This document shows positions 8,596-20,000 of a stretch of DNA of 64,000 bases, piece by piece (positions within the stretch are counted from its first letter, which is position 1; each line of letters starts with the position of its first letter). The notes under the pieces were generated by a model. That model was not told the origin of the DNA, did no database searches, and saw nothing but the letters and a program-made list of their open reading frames with translations. Made by a program: the position numbers and the translations under genes. Origin of the DNA: an uncultured Coriobacteriia bacterium (GTDB lineage: Bacteria; Actinomycetota; Coriobacteriia; Coriobacteriales; QAMH01); assembly GCA_948466335.1 (NCBI GenBank), contig CAOKAE010000004.1:1342-65341 (forward strand). The letters are read 5' to 3'.

Positions 8596-11500
8596 CTAGC
8601 CTTCCGCGGCGTCCTTCTCGACGCGCTCCATCACCTGCGCTGCTTGCTGTTCGGCCTGCTCCTTCTGGTTATTGAAGGCCACGGCGATCATGAGCTTGAT
8701 GCGGTTGAGTTGGTTGACCTCGCTGGCACCGGGATCGTAGTCCACGGCCACGATGTTGCTCTGCGGGTACTGGCGACGCATCTCCTTGATGACGGCCTTG
8801 CCCACGACGTGGTTGGGCAGGCACGCGAAGGGCTGGCAGCACACGATGTTGGGCGTGCCCTCCTTCACGAGCTCGACCATCTCGCCGGTGAGCAGCCATC
8901 CCTCGCCCATGGTGTTGCCGAGGTCGATGATGTCGCTCGCGCCCTGCGCGATGTCCTCGATGTGCATGATGGGCTCGAAGCGCTCGGAGGCGGCCAGCGC
9001 CTTGCGCACCGGGTCGCGCAGCTTCTCGAAGAAGGCGACGACGCCCTTGGCGCCCACGTACTTCTTGAGGTTGGGCGTGAGCTCCTGGTGGCGAAACGCC
9101 GGGTTGAGCATGCCGAAGAGGAAGAAGTCCACAAGGCCGGGGACGTTGGCCTCGCAGCCCTCATCCTCGATGATCTGGACGATCTGGTTGTTGGCCGTGG
9201 GGTGGAACTTCACAAGGATCTCGCCCACGACGCCCACGCGCGGCTTGCTGCCGAAGTTCTCGCAGGGCAGCGTGTCGAAGTCATGGACGATCTGATTGAT
9301 GACGCGCTTGACGTCGCGCCACTTGAACTCGCACACGTGCTCCTTGAGGTAATCCATCCACGTGCGGAACAGCGCATCGGTGCTGCCCGGCTCCTTTTCG
9401 TAGGGGCGCACGCGGTACAGGCACATCATGAGCAGGTCGCCCAGGATGAGCGCGGGCACCGCCGTCTTGAGCATGGTGGGCGTGACCTCGAAGCCGGAGT
9501 TGCGCTCGCCCGTGTCGTTGAACGACAGCGAGATGACCGGCACGTGGTCGAGGCCGGCCTCGTGTAGGCCCTTGCGGATGAGCGAGATGTAGTTGGTCGC
9601 ACGGCAGCCGCCGCCGGTCTGCGTGATGATGAAGGCCGTCTTGTCCATGTCGTACTTGCCGCTGGTGGCCGCCTCCATGATCTGGCCGGTGACGAGGATG
9701 GACGGGTAGCAGATGTCGTTGTTCACGTACTTGAGGCCCGCGTCCACGGCCGACGGGTCGACACTGGGCAGCAGTTCCATGTTGTAGCCGTAGTGATGGA
9801 AGATGGGCACGAGCAGTTCGAAGTGGATGGGCGACATCTGCGGGGCCAGAATGGTGTAGCCCGCGTCCTGCATCTCCTTGGTGTACTCGGCGCGCGGAAA
9901 CTCGGTGGATGCCGCATCGCGATTGGGCGCGAAGTCGAAGTCGATGGCGCACTCGCTCGGCACTTGCGGCTCGACGTCGGCAGAGGTCGCGTCGCCTCGG
10001 TCCGTGCGCAGCGTCTCGACGGAAGCGGACGCGATGTCGACGGCCGCCGAGCTTTTGCCCGGTTGTGTCGGCATCTCGCGCAGTTCCTCCTGCTGGCGCA
10101 GCGCGGCCATGAGCGAGCGGATGCGGATGCGCGCGGCGCCCAGGTTGGACACCTCGTCGATCTTGATGACGGTGTAGACCTTGCCGCTTCCCTCGATGAT
10201 CTCCTGCACCTCGTCGGTGGTGAGCGCGTCCAGACCACAACCGAACGAGTTCATCTGCACGAGGTCGAGGTCGCTTCGCTGCGTGACGACCTTGGCCGCG
10301 TTGTAGAGGCGCGTGTGGTACATCCACTGGTCGTAGACGCGCAGGTTGCGCTGCAGCTCGCCCAGGTGCGCCACCGAATCCTCGGTGAGCACGGCCATGC
10401 CGTAGCCGCAGATGAGCTCGGGCAGCGAGTGGTTGATTTCGGGATCGATGTGATAGGGACGGCCCGCCAGCACGATGCCGTGGCCGTTGTTCTCCTCGAT
10501 CCAGCGCAGCGTCTCCTCGCCCTTGGCGCGCATCGTCGACTTGAAGTCGAGGTCTGCCTGCCAGGCGAGGTCGATGGCATCGGAAATCTCGACACGCGTG
10601 GGCCACTGCATCGCCAGCACGTCGACGCCCTGGGCCTTGAGCTCTTCCTTGCGGTTCTTCACCAGGTGCTCGAAGAGGCGCTTCTTGAGGGCCTTCTTGT
10701 CATCGTAGGGAATGAACGGGTTGAGGAACTGCGTGCGGCTGTCCTCGAGCTCGTCGATGTTGAGCTTGAGCGCCTCGGAATAGCTCATGACGATGGGGCA
10801 GTTGTAGTGGTTGTTCGCGCCCTCGTCCTCCTGACGCTCCCAGCGGATGCAGGGCATCCAGATGAAGTCGACGTCCTTGTCGAGCAGGTCCATGATGTGA
10901 CCGTGGGAGAGCTTGGCCGGGTAGCAGGCGTTTTCCGAAGGCATGGACTCGATGCCGGCCTCGTAGGTCTTCTTCGTGGACGGCTCGGACAGCACGACGC
11001 GGTAGCCCAGGTGCGTGAAGAAGCTGTGCCAGAACGGGTAGTTCTCGTACATGTTGAGCGCGCGCGGGATGCCCACGGTGCCGTACTTGGCGGCTTCCTC
11101 GACGAGCGGTTCGCGGTCGAAGAGCAGCTTGTCCTTGTACGCGAAGAGGTTGGGCACTTCCTTGGCGGGCTTCTTGATGCCGGCGCCGCGCTCGCAACGG
11201 TTGCCCGTGATGAAGCGGCGATGCTTGCCGGTGGCCTCGTCGATGCCGAAGTCGTTGATGGTGAGCAGGCAGTTGTTCTCGCAGCGTCCGCAGCGCACCG
11301 CCGTATGCTTGATCTCAAGCTCGTCGATCTGCTCGGGGCGCAGCAGCGTGGACTTGGCCCCCGTCGCGCGGTCGCGCGCCAGCAACGCGGCACCCCAGGC
11401 GCCCATATTGCCGGCGATGTCGGGACGAATCGCGTCGTGTTCGCTCAGGTTCTCGAAGGCGCGCAACACGGCATCGTTGAGGAAGGTGCCGCCCTGCACG

Positions 11501-13143
11501 ACCGCATGCTCGCCCAGCTCGGACGCATCACGCAGCTTGATGACCTTGAACAGCGCGTTCTTGATGACGGAGTACGACAGGCCCGCCGAGATGTCGGCCG
11601 GCGTCGCGCCCTCCTTTTGCGCCTGCTTGACGCGGGAGTTCATGAACACCGTGCAGCGGCTGCCCAAATCGACGGGCGCCTCGGCCTTGAGCGCTTCGGC
11701 GGCGAACTCCTCGATGGGCATGTCGAGCGAGGTCGCGAAGGCCTCGATGAACGAGCCGCAGCCTGCCGAGCACGCCTCGTTGAGCATGATATGCTCGATG
11801 ACGCCGTCCTTAACGTGCATGCACTTCATGTCCTGGCCGCCGATGTCGAGGATGAAGTCGACGTCCGGGCACAGCTCGCGCGCGCCGCGTAGGTGCGCCA
11901 CGGTCTCGATTTCGCCGGAGTCAGCCTGGATGGCCTCGAGCAACAGCGCCTCGCCGTAGCCCGTCGTGGTGGCGTGGCCAATGGTCACGAGCGAGTTGCC
12001 GTCGTCGTCACGGGGAATCTGGTCGAAGAGGTCGCCGAGCATGGCGCGCGAGGCACCGAGCACGTCGCCCTTGTTGTTGACGTAGTAGCTGTAGAGGATC
12101 TCGCCCTTCTCGCCCACAAGCACCGACTTGAGCGTCGTGGAGCCGGCGTCGATGCCGAGGTAGGCCACACCACGATAATCCGCGAGACTCGCCTTGGGGA
12201 CGGTCGCCTTGGCATGGCGCTTCTTGAAGGCCTCGTAGTCCTTCTCGTTGGCGAACAGCGGCTCGAGGCGCTGGACCTCGCTGCCCTGGATGCTGCCGAG
12301 TTTGCCCATGCGGTCCTTGAGCTCGGCGAGGCTCACGATGTCGTCGTTGGCCTCGGAGGCAAAGGCCGCGCCGCGCGCGACGAAGAGGTGCGATTCCTCG
12401 GGGATAATCGTCGTCTCGTCGGTGAGCTCAAGGGTCTCGATGAAGCGCTGGCGCAGCTGCGGCAGATAGTGCAGCGGGCCGCCCAGGAAGGCGACATTAC
12501 CGCGAATGGGGCGGCCGCAGGCAAGACCGGAGATGGTCTGCATGACGACGGCCTGGAAGATGGACGCGGCGATGTCCTCGCGCTTGGCGCCCTCGTTGAG
12601 CAGGGGCTGCACGTCGGTCTTGGCGAACACGCCGCAACGCGACGCGATGGGATAGATGATGTTGTGATCGGCGGCCATCTCGTCCAGACCGGAGGCGTCC
12701 GTGTTGAGCAGGGCCGCCATCTGGTCGATGAAGGCGCCCGTGCCGCCGGCGCAGGTGCCGTTCATGCGCTGCTCGATGCCGCCATCGAAGTAGATGATCT
12801 TCGCGTCCTCGCCACCGAGCTCGATGGCGACGTCGGTGGCGGGAATGATGCGCTCGATGGCCGTCTTGTTGGCGATGACCTCCTGCACGAAGGGCACGCC
12901 GAGCCAATTGGCGAGCAGCAGGCCGCCCGAGCCGGTGATGGTGATGGTCGCCTGGCCATCGCCCACCGCCGCAAGCGCCTCGTCGACGATCTCGACGATG
13001 GTGGCGCGCACGTCGGAATGGTGGCGCCGGTACACGCTGAAGACGATCTTGCCATCGGGGTCGAGCACGAGCAGCTTGACCGTGGTCGAGCCAACGTCGA
13101 CGCCGATTCGGAGCGTGTCCTGCCTGCTGTCCTGCGTACTCAT
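8596..13143 (-). CDS. 2-hydroxyacyl-CoA dehydratase activase-type fusion (two BadF/BcrAD ASKHA domains, DUF2229 and a dehydratase-like C-terminus)
   Basis: Two GIDxGSTT / DIGGQD ATPase modules, [10 protein letters not shown] and [16 protein letters not shown], and QPFACLPNH at the C-terminus. Confidence 0.9.
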   Translation of the reverse strand: MSTQDSRQDTLRIGVDVGSTTVKLLVLDPDGKIVFSVYRRHHSDVRATIVEIVDEALAAVGDGQATITITGSGGLLLANWLGVPFVQEVIANKTAIERIIPATDVAIELGGEDAKIIYFDGGIEQRMNGTCAGGTGAFIDQMAALLNTDASGLDEMAADHNIIYPIASRCGVFAKTDVQPLLNEGAKREDIAASIFQAVVMQTISGLACGRPIRGNVAFLGGPLHYLPQLRQRFIETLELTDETTIIPEESHLFVARGAAFASEANDDIVSLAELKDRMGKLGSIQGSEVQRLEPLFANEKDYEAFKKRHAKATVPKASLADYRGVAYLGIDAGSTTLKSVLVGEKGEILYSYYVNNKGDVLGASRAMLGDLFDQIPRDDDGNSLVTIGHATTTGYGEALLLEAIQADSGEIETVAHLRGARELCPDVDFILDIGGQDMKCMHVKDGVIEHIMLNEACSAGCGSFIEAFATSLDMPIEEFAAEALKAEAPVDLGSRCTVFMNSRVKQAQKEGATPADISAGLSYSVIKNALFKVIKLRDASELGEHAVVQGGTFLNDAVLRAFENLSEHDAIRPDIAGNMGAWGAALLARDRATGAKSTLLRPEQIDELEIKHTAVRCGRCENNCLLTINDFGIDEATGKHRRFITGNRCERGAGIKKPAKEVPNLFAYKDKLLFDREPLVEEAAKYGTVGIPRALNMYENYPFWHSFFTHLGYRVVLSEPSTKKTYEAGIESMPSENACYPAKLSHGHIMDLLDKDVDFIWMPCIRWERQEDEGANNHYNCPIVMSYSEALKLNIDELEDSRTQFLNPFIPYDDKKALKKRLFEHLVKNRKEELKAQGVDVLAMQWPTRVEISDAIDLAWQADLDFKSTMRAKGEETLRWIEENNGHGIVLAGRPYHIDPEINHSLPELICGYGMAVLTEDSVAHLGELQRNLRVYDQWMYHTRLYNAAKVVTQRSDLDLVQMNSFGCGLDALTTDEVQEIIEGSGKVYTVIKIDEVSNLGAARIRIRSLMAALRQQEELREMPTQPGKSSAAVDIASASVETLRTDRGDATSADVEPQVPSECAIDFDFAPNRDAASTEFPRAEYTKEMQDAGYTILAPQMSPIHFELLVPIFHHYGYNMELLPSVDPSAVDAGLKYVNNDICYPSILVTGQIMEAATSGKYDMDKTAFIITQTGGGCRATNYISLIRKGLHEAGLDHVPVISLSFNDTGERNSGFEVTPTMLKTAVPALILGDLLMMCLYRVRPYEKEPGSTDALFRTWMDYLKEHVCEFKWRDVKRVINQIVHDFDTLPCENFGSKPRVGVVGEILVKFHPTANNQIVQIIEDEGCEANVPGLVDFFLFGMLNPAFRHQELTPNLKKYVGAKGVVAFFEKLRDPVRKALAASERFEPIMHIEDIAQGASDIIDLGNTMGEGWLLTGEMVELVKEGTPNIVCCQPFACLPNHVVGKAVIKEMRRQYPQSNIVAVDYDPGASEVNQLNRIKLMIAVAFNNQKEQAEQQAAQVMERVEKDAAEG

Positions 13144-13170
13144 GCGTGTCTCCTCTGGACGAGTGAGCGA

Positions 13171-14535
13171 CTAGTTCTTGAGCGAGTTGATGGGAGCGGG
13201 AAAGCGGCCGCCGCGATGGGCGAACACCGTGCCCGCATGGGTGTTGACCGGCATGACCGGAGCATCGCCGAGCAAGCCGCCGAAGTGCAGCATCTCGCCG
13301 GCCTGCTTGCCGATGGCCGGAATCACGCGCACAGCCGTGGTCTTGTTGTTGATGAGGCCGATGGCCGCCTCGTCGGCGATGATGCCGGTGATGGCCTCGA
13401 CCGTCGTGTCGCCGGGAATGGCGATCATATCGAGCCCCACGGAGCACACGCAGGTCATGGCCTCGAGCTTCTCGATGGACAGCGCACCGTCCTCGGCCGC
13501 CTTGATCATGCCCGCATCCTCGCTCACGGGGATGAAGGCGCCGGAGAGGCCACCGACACTCGAGCTTGCCATGACGCCGCCCTTCTTGACGGCATCGTTG
13601 AGCAGGGCGAGCGCGGCCGTCGTGCCGGGACCGCCCACCTGGCCCACGCCGATGGTCTCGAGAATCTGAGCCACCGAATCGCCACGGGCGGGCGTGGGCG
13701 CGAGCGAGAGATCGAGGATGCCCTTCTCGTAACCGAGACGCTTGGCGGCCTCGCGCGCGATGAGCTCGCCGGCACGGGTGATCTTGAAGGTGGTGGCTTT
13801 GATGGCCTCGGCGACCTCCGTCATCGAGGCGTCCTTGGGCAGGTCCTCGAGCACTGCGTTAACGACGCCCGGGCCGCTCACGCCGACGTTGATGACCTCG
13901 CCGGCCTCGCCGCTGCCGTGCACGGCGCCGGCCATGAAGGGATTGTCCTCGACCATGTTGCAGAAGACGACGAGCTTGGCGCAGGCGATGGAATCGCGGT
14001 CGGCCGTGACCTCGGCGCACTCGCGTACGATCTGCGCCATGCGCAGCACCGCATCCATGTTGATGCCCGCACGCGTGGAGCCGATGTTGACGCTCGAGCA
14101 CACGATGTCGGTGGTCGACAGCGCGTGCGGAATGCTGTTGATGAGACGACGGTCACTATCGCTCATGCCCTTTTGCACGAGGGCCGAGAAGCCGCCGATG
14201 AAGTTGACGCCGACTTTCTTGCCGGCGCGGTCGAGGGCCACGGCGATGGGCGTGAGGTCCTCGGCCGCCGTCGCACCGCAGATCTCGGCGATGGGCGTGA
14301 CCGCGATGCGCTTGTTGATGATGGGGATGCCGAACTCGCGTTCGAGCTGCTCGGCGCACGGCACCAGGTCCTTGGCCGCCGTCGTGAGACGATCGTAGAC
14401 GCGCTGCGCCATGACGTCGATATCCTCGTGTACGCACCCGCGCAAGGACAGGCCGAGCGTGATCGTGCGGATGTCCAGGTGCTGCTGCGTGACCATCGAG
14501 AGCGCCTCGACGACCTGCTTCGCTTCTACCGTCAC
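13171..14535 (-). CDS. PFL-like family protein (DUF711/UPF0210)
   Basis: [62 protein letters not shown]; GTG start with SD GAAGGAG. Confidence 0.92.
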   Translation of the reverse strand: MTVEAKQVVEALSMVTQQHLDIRTITLGLSLRGCVHEDIDVMAQRVYDRLTTAAKDLVPCAEQLEREFGIPIINKRIAVTPIAEICGATAAEDLTPIAVALDRAGKKVGVNFIGGFSALVQKGMSDSDRRLINSIPHALSTTDIVCSSVNIGSTRAGINMDAVLRMAQIVRECAEVTADRDSIACAKLVVFCNMVEDNPFMAGAVHGSGEAGEVINVGVSGPGVVNAVLEDLPKDASMTEVAEAIKATTFKITRAGELIAREAAKRLGYEKGILDLSLAPTPARGDSVAQILETIGVGQVGGPGTTAALALLNDAVKKGGVMASSSVGGLSGAFIPVSEDAGMIKAAEDGALSIEKLEAMTCVCSVGLDMIAIPGDTTVEAITGIIADEAAIGLINNKTTAVRVIPAIGKQAGEMLHFGGLLGDAPVMPVNTHAGTVFAHRGGRFPAPINSLKN

Positions 14536-14595
14536 GGGGGACTCCTTCTTCTCAGATGAAATGCATATCGAAACTATGATTTTAGCCGAACGCGC

Positions 14596-15240
14596 CTATC
14601 TATCCAGAGTCCAGAGCTTGTCAAAACACTCGATGAGCTTATTCGTTGCCTGACCTCGGGTTTCCTCAAGCGGCACGATGCCGAACTCGTCGCTTGCGGC
14701 AAAGACTTCCGTGCCGTCAAGGGGCAACTCGTCCACGACGACCTCGTAACCGAGGGTCGTCGCCAAGTCGCGCACGAGCGTATCGGCGGCATGGCGGGGT
14801 TCCTGCTCGACGAAGAGCTGGCCATCGCGAGCGGCCCACAGTGTGCCCGGCACCTCGCCCGCATCGAGCAGCGCTTGCGTGAGCACGGGCGTAGCTGGCA
14901 GCTCCTCGAGCTGGATGTCGACCAGACCCTCGGGATCGATGGTCAGCACGATGACGCCGTCGGGCAACTCGTAGAGCTTGTTGTCGCGTACCCACTCCAG
15001 GCGCGAGCGCACCCAGGCCTGCACGGCGGGGCCCACGTTGAACGCGGCCAACGAGCGCAAACGACGCTCGTAAAGATGGATGGTCTTGTTGGTGTAGCGC
15101 CAGCGAAACGCGAGCTTGGAGGCGGGTAGGTTTTGCGCGCGCCACTCCTCTTCGCTTAGCCCATCGCTCTCGGCCACATCCGCGACGGTCTCGGGCTTGT
15201 CGCTCCCGACCTTGTTATAGGGAATCGTATCCTCGCTCAT
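14596..15240 (-). CDS. Hypothetical protein with degenerate PLP fold-type IV (aminotransferase class IV-like) similarity
   Basis: IHLYERRLRSL, GTLWAARDGQLF, LVRDLA..GYEV and EVFAASDEFGIVPL echo class IV motifs; no Lys in the expected catalytic segment. Confidence 0.6.
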   Translation of the reverse strand: MSEDTIPYNKVGSDKPETVADVAESDGLSEEEWRAQNLPASKLAFRWRYTNKTIHLYERRLRSLAAFNVGPAVQAWVRSRLEWVRDNKLYELPDGVIVLTIDPEGLVDIQLEELPATPVLTQALLDAGEVPGTLWAARDGQLFVEQEPRHAADTLVRDLATTLGYEVVVDELPLDGTEVFAASDEFGIVPLEETRGQATNKLIECFDKLWTLDR

Positions 15241-15255
15241 GCACGCTCCTCGAAA

Positions 15256-15288
15256 ATGAGACAAATTGGTCAGACACATTTGTCTCAT
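15256..15288. repeat. ATGAGACA palindrome copy R4 (33 bp)
   Basis: ATGAGACAAAT-TGGTCAGACAC-ATTTGTCTCAT. Confidence 0.95.
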
Positions 15289-15376
15289 TAGTATCGTGTA
15301 CCAGTAACAAACGAGAGCCTACTATAACCGAATCCAACAGTCCCGGCGCGGGCCGTCACGCAACGGACAACGAGAA

Positions 15377-15409
15377 GTGGGGCAGATTGGCTAGGCCAAT
15401 CTGCCCCAC
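15377..15409. repeat. Covarying GC-rich variant of the ATGAGACA palindrome (33 bp)
   Basis: GTGGGGCAGATTGG-CTAGG-CCAATCTGCCCCAC; same length and layout as R7. Confidence 0.8.
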
Positions 15410-15411
15410 AA

Positions 15412-15442
15412 ATGAGACAAATACACTGTGTATTTGTCTCAT
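15412..15442. repeat. ATGAGACA palindrome copy R5 (31 bp)
   Basis: ATGAGACAAAT-ACACTGTGT-ATTTGTCTCAT, 3 bp from the purH stop codon. Confidence 0.95.
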
Positions 15443-15445
15443 TTC

Positions 15446-17047
15446 CTAGTGCCTGAAGTGCCTGTGGCCCGTGAACACCATCGGCATGCCGGCTTCGTCG
15501 GCGCACTCGATGGAGAGGTCGTCGCGAATGGAGCCACCCGGCTGGATGAGCGCCGTGACGCCGGCATCGCGCAGGGTCTCGAGCGTGTCGGGGAAGGGCA
15601 GGAACGCGTCGCTCGCGGCAACGGCGCCCTTGGCCTCGTCTCCCGCCTGCTCGACGGCGATGCGCGCGGAGTTCACACGGTTGGGCTGGCCACCGCCAAT
15701 GCCCACGGTGCGCGTGCCCTTGGTGAGGATAACCGCGTTGGACTTCACGCACTTGCAGCAGCGCCAGGCAAACAGCAGCGCCTTCATCTGCTCGTCGGTG
15801 GGAGCCGTCTTGGTGGGAACGGTAAAGGTCTCGGGGTCCTCGGCCACGGTGTCGATGGTCTGCATGACGACGCCGCCCTCGACCGCGCGAATGTCCGGGT
15901 CGCCGCCAGCCGGGTTGATGCCGCCGGTGCGCAGGATGCGCGCGTTCTCCTTCGTCGAGAAGATCTTGAGCGCGCCCTCGTCGTAATCCGGGGCGATGAC
16001 GACCTCGATGAACTGCTTGTTGACCTCGACGATCTCGCGGGCGACGTCCTCGGTCACCGTCTGGTTGAAGGCCATGACGCCACCGAAGGCGCTCACCGTG
16101 TCACACGCCCACGCATCGCGATAGGCCTCGAGCATCATCGCGCCCTCGGCGATGCCGCACGGCGTGAGGTGCTTGATGATGACGCAGGTGGGAATCGCGT
16201 TGTCGAACTCACGTACCGAGCTCCACGCGGCGTCGGTGTCGAGGTAGTTGTTGTAAGAGAGCTCCTTGCCCTGCAGCTGCTCGGCCGCGGCCAGCGTGTG
16301 CTTGTCGGCCTCGGGAGCGGGGCCGGGCACGCCCACATGCTTGCGCTTGTAGAACGCGGCCTGCTGGTGCGGGTTCTCGCCGTAGCGCAGGTCGGCGACC
16401 TTGTCGAGCATGACGCGCTCATCAGCCCAGAAGGGGCCATCGTCGACGAGCTCGTTGTGCAGCCAGGAGTAGATAGCGTTGTCGTAGGCGCTCGTGAGGC
16501 GGAAGACCTCGAGGGCGAGCTTCTTGCGGGTCTCGAGCGTAGTCGCGCCGCCGTTGGCGCGCATCTCGTCGAGAATGGTGCCGTACATGGCCGGGTCGGT
16601 CACGACGGTAACGGAGGCATGGTTCTTGGCCGCGGAGCGCAGCATGGACGGGCCGCCGATGTCGATGTGCTCGACGGCGTCCTGGTAGTCGACGTCGGGC
16701 TTGGCGATGGTCGCCTCGAAGGCATAGAGGTTCACGACCACCAAATCGATCATGCCGATGCCGTTATCCTCGGCGTCCTTCATGTGGCTTGCCAGATCGC
16801 GACGCGCGAGCAGGCCGCCATGCACCTTGGGGTGCAGGGTCTTCACGCGGCCATCCATCATCTCGGGGAAACCCGTGAGCTCGTCGATGGCGACGACGGG
16901 GATACCCACCTGCTCGAGCACCTTGGCGGTGCCGCCCGTGCTCACGATCTCGACGCCGAACTCGTCGACAAGCGTGCGGGCGAAGTCCTCGATGCCCGAC
17001 TTGTCGGTAAGGGAGATGATGGCGCGCTTGATTTTGGGATCTGGCAT
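15446..17047 (-). CDS. purH: Bifunctional AICAR transformylase/IMP cyclohydrolase
   Basis: STGGTA, GRVKTLHP, IDIGGPSMLRSAAKN, LRYGENPHQ, KELSYNN, ASDAFLPF, GHRHFRH. Confidence 0.98.
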   Translation of the reverse strand: MPDPKIKRAIISLTDKSGIEDFARTLVDEFGVEIVSTGGTAKVLEQVGIPVVAIDELTGFPEMMDGRVKTLHPKVHGGLLARRDLASHMKDAEDNGIGMIDLVVVNLYAFEATIAKPDVDYQDAVEHIDIGGPSMLRSAAKNHASVTVVTDPAMYGTILDEMRANGGATTLETRKKLALEVFRLTSAYDNAIYSWLHNELVDDGPFWADERVMLDKVADLRYGENPHQQAAFYKRKHVGVPGPAPEADKHTLAAAEQLQGKELSYNNYLDTDAAWSSVREFDNAIPTCVIIKHLTPCGIAEGAMMLEAYRDAWACDTVSAFGGVMAFNQTVTEDVAREIVEVNKQFIEVVIAPDYDEGALKIFSTKENARILRTGGINPAGGDPDIRAVEGGVVMQTIDTVAEDPETFTVPTKTAPTDEQMKALLFAWRCCKCVKSNAVILTKGTRTVGIGGGQPNRVNSARIAVEQAGDEAKGAVAASDAFLPFPDTLETLRDAGVTALIQPGGSIRDDLSIECADEAGMPMVFTGHRHFRH

Positions 17048-17078
17048 GAAAGCCCCTTTCCGCTCTGGCTTGTATTTA

Positions 17079-20000
17079 CTAGGAATTCTCGATGACCTTG
17101 AGTAGCAGACGGGTCATGTACTCGAGCTTGTCCTCCTCGACGATGTTGGCGGTGTCCTCGACCGTATGCCAGTCGACGGGAGCGACGCCATTGTCGGCAA
17201 AGCCCATAATCGTGAGCGCGCGCATGCCGGCGATCATGGCGGGCGTCGCGTCGGTGTTGCGCCAGTCGAGGCTCTTGGCCTTCATCTCGGTACCCCTGAC
17301 CTCCTTGGAGGCCTTCTTGATGAGGCTCATGAGGCGACGGTCCGCGCGACGGGGCTTGCCCGTTCCCTCGACGTCGACGTAGGAGATGGAACCGGCTCCC
17401 ACGGCCTCGAGGTTGATGATGAGCGAACCGCGCAGCTCGGAGGAATGCAAGTCGAGGAAATTCTTCATGCCCTGCCCGCCGGCACCGGAGGCGCCTAGGG
17501 CGACGAACCAGACTTCCTTGTCGAGCAGGTCGCTTTCGGTCATGGACACGACGGACTCGCGAATCTGGGCGGCGCGCTGGCGCACGGCGTCAAAGGCGCT
17601 CTCGGCCTCCTCCTCGAAGTAGCCGCCGCCCTTCCAGCCGTAATCGTCCTCGTCACTCCAGGCGGCATCGCCACCGGCATCGTAGTCCTCGTTGCCGTTC
17701 TTGCCCTTGCGGCTGAATAGCCCGCCCACCTTGTCGACGGCGTTGCGGAAGCGGGACTCGGGAATGTTGATCTCGGTGGTCTGACCGGCAGCCATGAAGC
17801 TGTCGAGCGCCGTGTCGTCCGCGATGACGCTCGCGGTCGCATCCGAGAAGTCGCCCGCGTCGGCCATGGGCACGGCATCGGAAATCGCGGGGAAGGAACC
17901 GGTGAGGGACGGGAACGAGGAGGTGTTCGCAGCCGACACCATCGTCTCGCTCGTCTGCGTGTAGCCGCTCGTCGCCGAGTACTCGGTGCGCTGGCGCGGC
18001 CTGGGATGCGAGGAGCGCTCGCTGGAACGCAGCTCGTCCTTGGGCGCGAAGGGATCGTCGTAGTTGGGAGTGGCCTGGGGCGTGTCCTCGAAGGTCGAGC
18101 TCACCGGTGCCTCCTGGCGCTTCTCGCCCCAGTTGATGTCATGGCTGCGCGTGGCGCGCGTGGGCGTGAACTGCTGGGTGACGTGACGGGCCGTGGGCTT
18201 CTTGCGCTGGGCCTTGGCCGTGGCGGGAATCACGGGCTCGATCGCCGGGGTGACCTCGACGACTTCCTCAGCGGCCATTTCCTCGACGTCGGATTGCTCC
18301 ACGTCGATGTCGTCGCCGGAATCGACGACGGGAATGCTCTGCAACTCGGGGCGCGAACCGCGGGCGGCATGGCTCTCGTGGGCGGACTTGCGCTCCTCGC
18401 GCTCCTTGTCATCCGAAGAGCCGATGTTGGGAATACGCGAGGTGAGCTGCTGCTTGCGTGGCCCCTCTGCCCTTTCCTCGGTGCTGGTCTCGGTCTGGGC
18501 GCCGACGCGCGTGAACAGACCACTGACGTCCGGGCTGAGCTCGTCGAGCTGGTCATCGGGAATGTCGAGGTTGATCGCGGTCGCGACGGCCTCGACGATC
18601 TCGGCGGCCTGCTCCTCGTGCTGCTCGGCGGCGATCTCCTCGGCCTGGGCCGTCTCGACGACCTCGGCCATAACGGCGTCGACGACGTCCTCGGTCACCG
18701 GCTGACCGGGCTCGAGCACGTCTTGCACCTCGGGCTCCTCCTCCGGCTCGACCTCGGCCTGCTGCACGCGCGCACCGCCCGTGACGGCGGGGGCGTCGGC
18801 AAAGCGGGAGCGGTAGGAGAGGACGGGGGCCTCCTCGTCGGCGGGCTCGACGACGGCCTTCTTCTCGAGGTCCTTGGCGGCCTTCTCCTTGGCCGCGGCA
18901 TACCACGAGGGAACGGGACGGGCGACCTGCGGGTGCTCGTCATGGGAACGCGTCGGCGTCTCGATGGGCACGTAGATGGGGGCGGGCGCCGGGCGCTCCT
19001 CCTCGACCTCGGCCTCCTCCTCGATGACCTCGACGGCCTGCGGCGCCTCCTCGGCCTCGGAATCCTCGTCCGCGGGTTCGACGTCGGCAGCGATCTCGAG
19101 GTCCTCCTCGTCGTGCTGGTCATCGTCGTTGCCCATGTACTCGGCAAAGATCACCGCGTCGTCAAGACGCTCGACCGGCTTCTTGTTCGCCTGGTCGATC
19201 TCCTCGTCGAGGTTGAAGTCGAGATCGGGAACCTGCATGTCCGAAATCGCGCCGGGCTTGGCCGGCACGACCTCGGCGTCCTCCTGCTCGAACTCGACGT
19301 CGTCGAGCGAGAAGGCGTCGGTGGAGACGGTGTCGAGATGCAGCTCCTCGGCGGCCGTGTCAGCCAGGACGTCGAGCTGCTCCTCGGGGGAAAGCGCGGG
19401 GAAGGCGACCGTCGCGTCGTCGCGCACGCCATCGGCGTCGTAGGTGACCTCGACGCCCTCGGGCACGAGACCCTCGGCGTAGGCCTCCTCGGCGCTGTGC
19501 ATGACCACATCATCGCCGCCGGTAGACGGCGCGAAGGAATCGACGGGGCCAATCTCGCCGTCGTCTTCCTCGTCCTCGCCGAGGGAGAACCTGAAGGTAC
19601 GGTCCCTGGTGAAGCGCTCGCGCTCCTCGGGGTTCACCAGAAGGCGCGCGACCGACATGAGCACCGCGATGGAAGAGGCGTTGTCGTTGCCACCCGAGAT
19701 GTAGGGCGTGAAGCGACTTGCAACAATGCAAGCGGCCGCAGCAAGCACGAAAACGCTCGCAATGAGCGAGATGACCCAGAGGACCGTGTCGACGACCTCG
19801 GGCCAGGGAAGCGGAAGCAGCCTGACGAAGAGGACGGCGACCAGGCCGATCATGCAATAGAAGATGATCTTGTGCAGCAGCGGCGCGTGGCCGATGATCT
19901 GCGGGGAGGCCTCGGGCTGGGCGCGGACGGTATCGACATGGGCGCAGATGATGACCTTCTTGCGGCGACGCGAGTCGTGGGCCATGCTCGCCGGGACGTA

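Noticed and set aside
15288-15288. Upstream-extended starts in the ORF track that begin inside repeats (for example 15288 and 3220)
   Set aside because: These start codons come from the palindromic repeat; downstream ATGs with SD sites match the family N-termini better.
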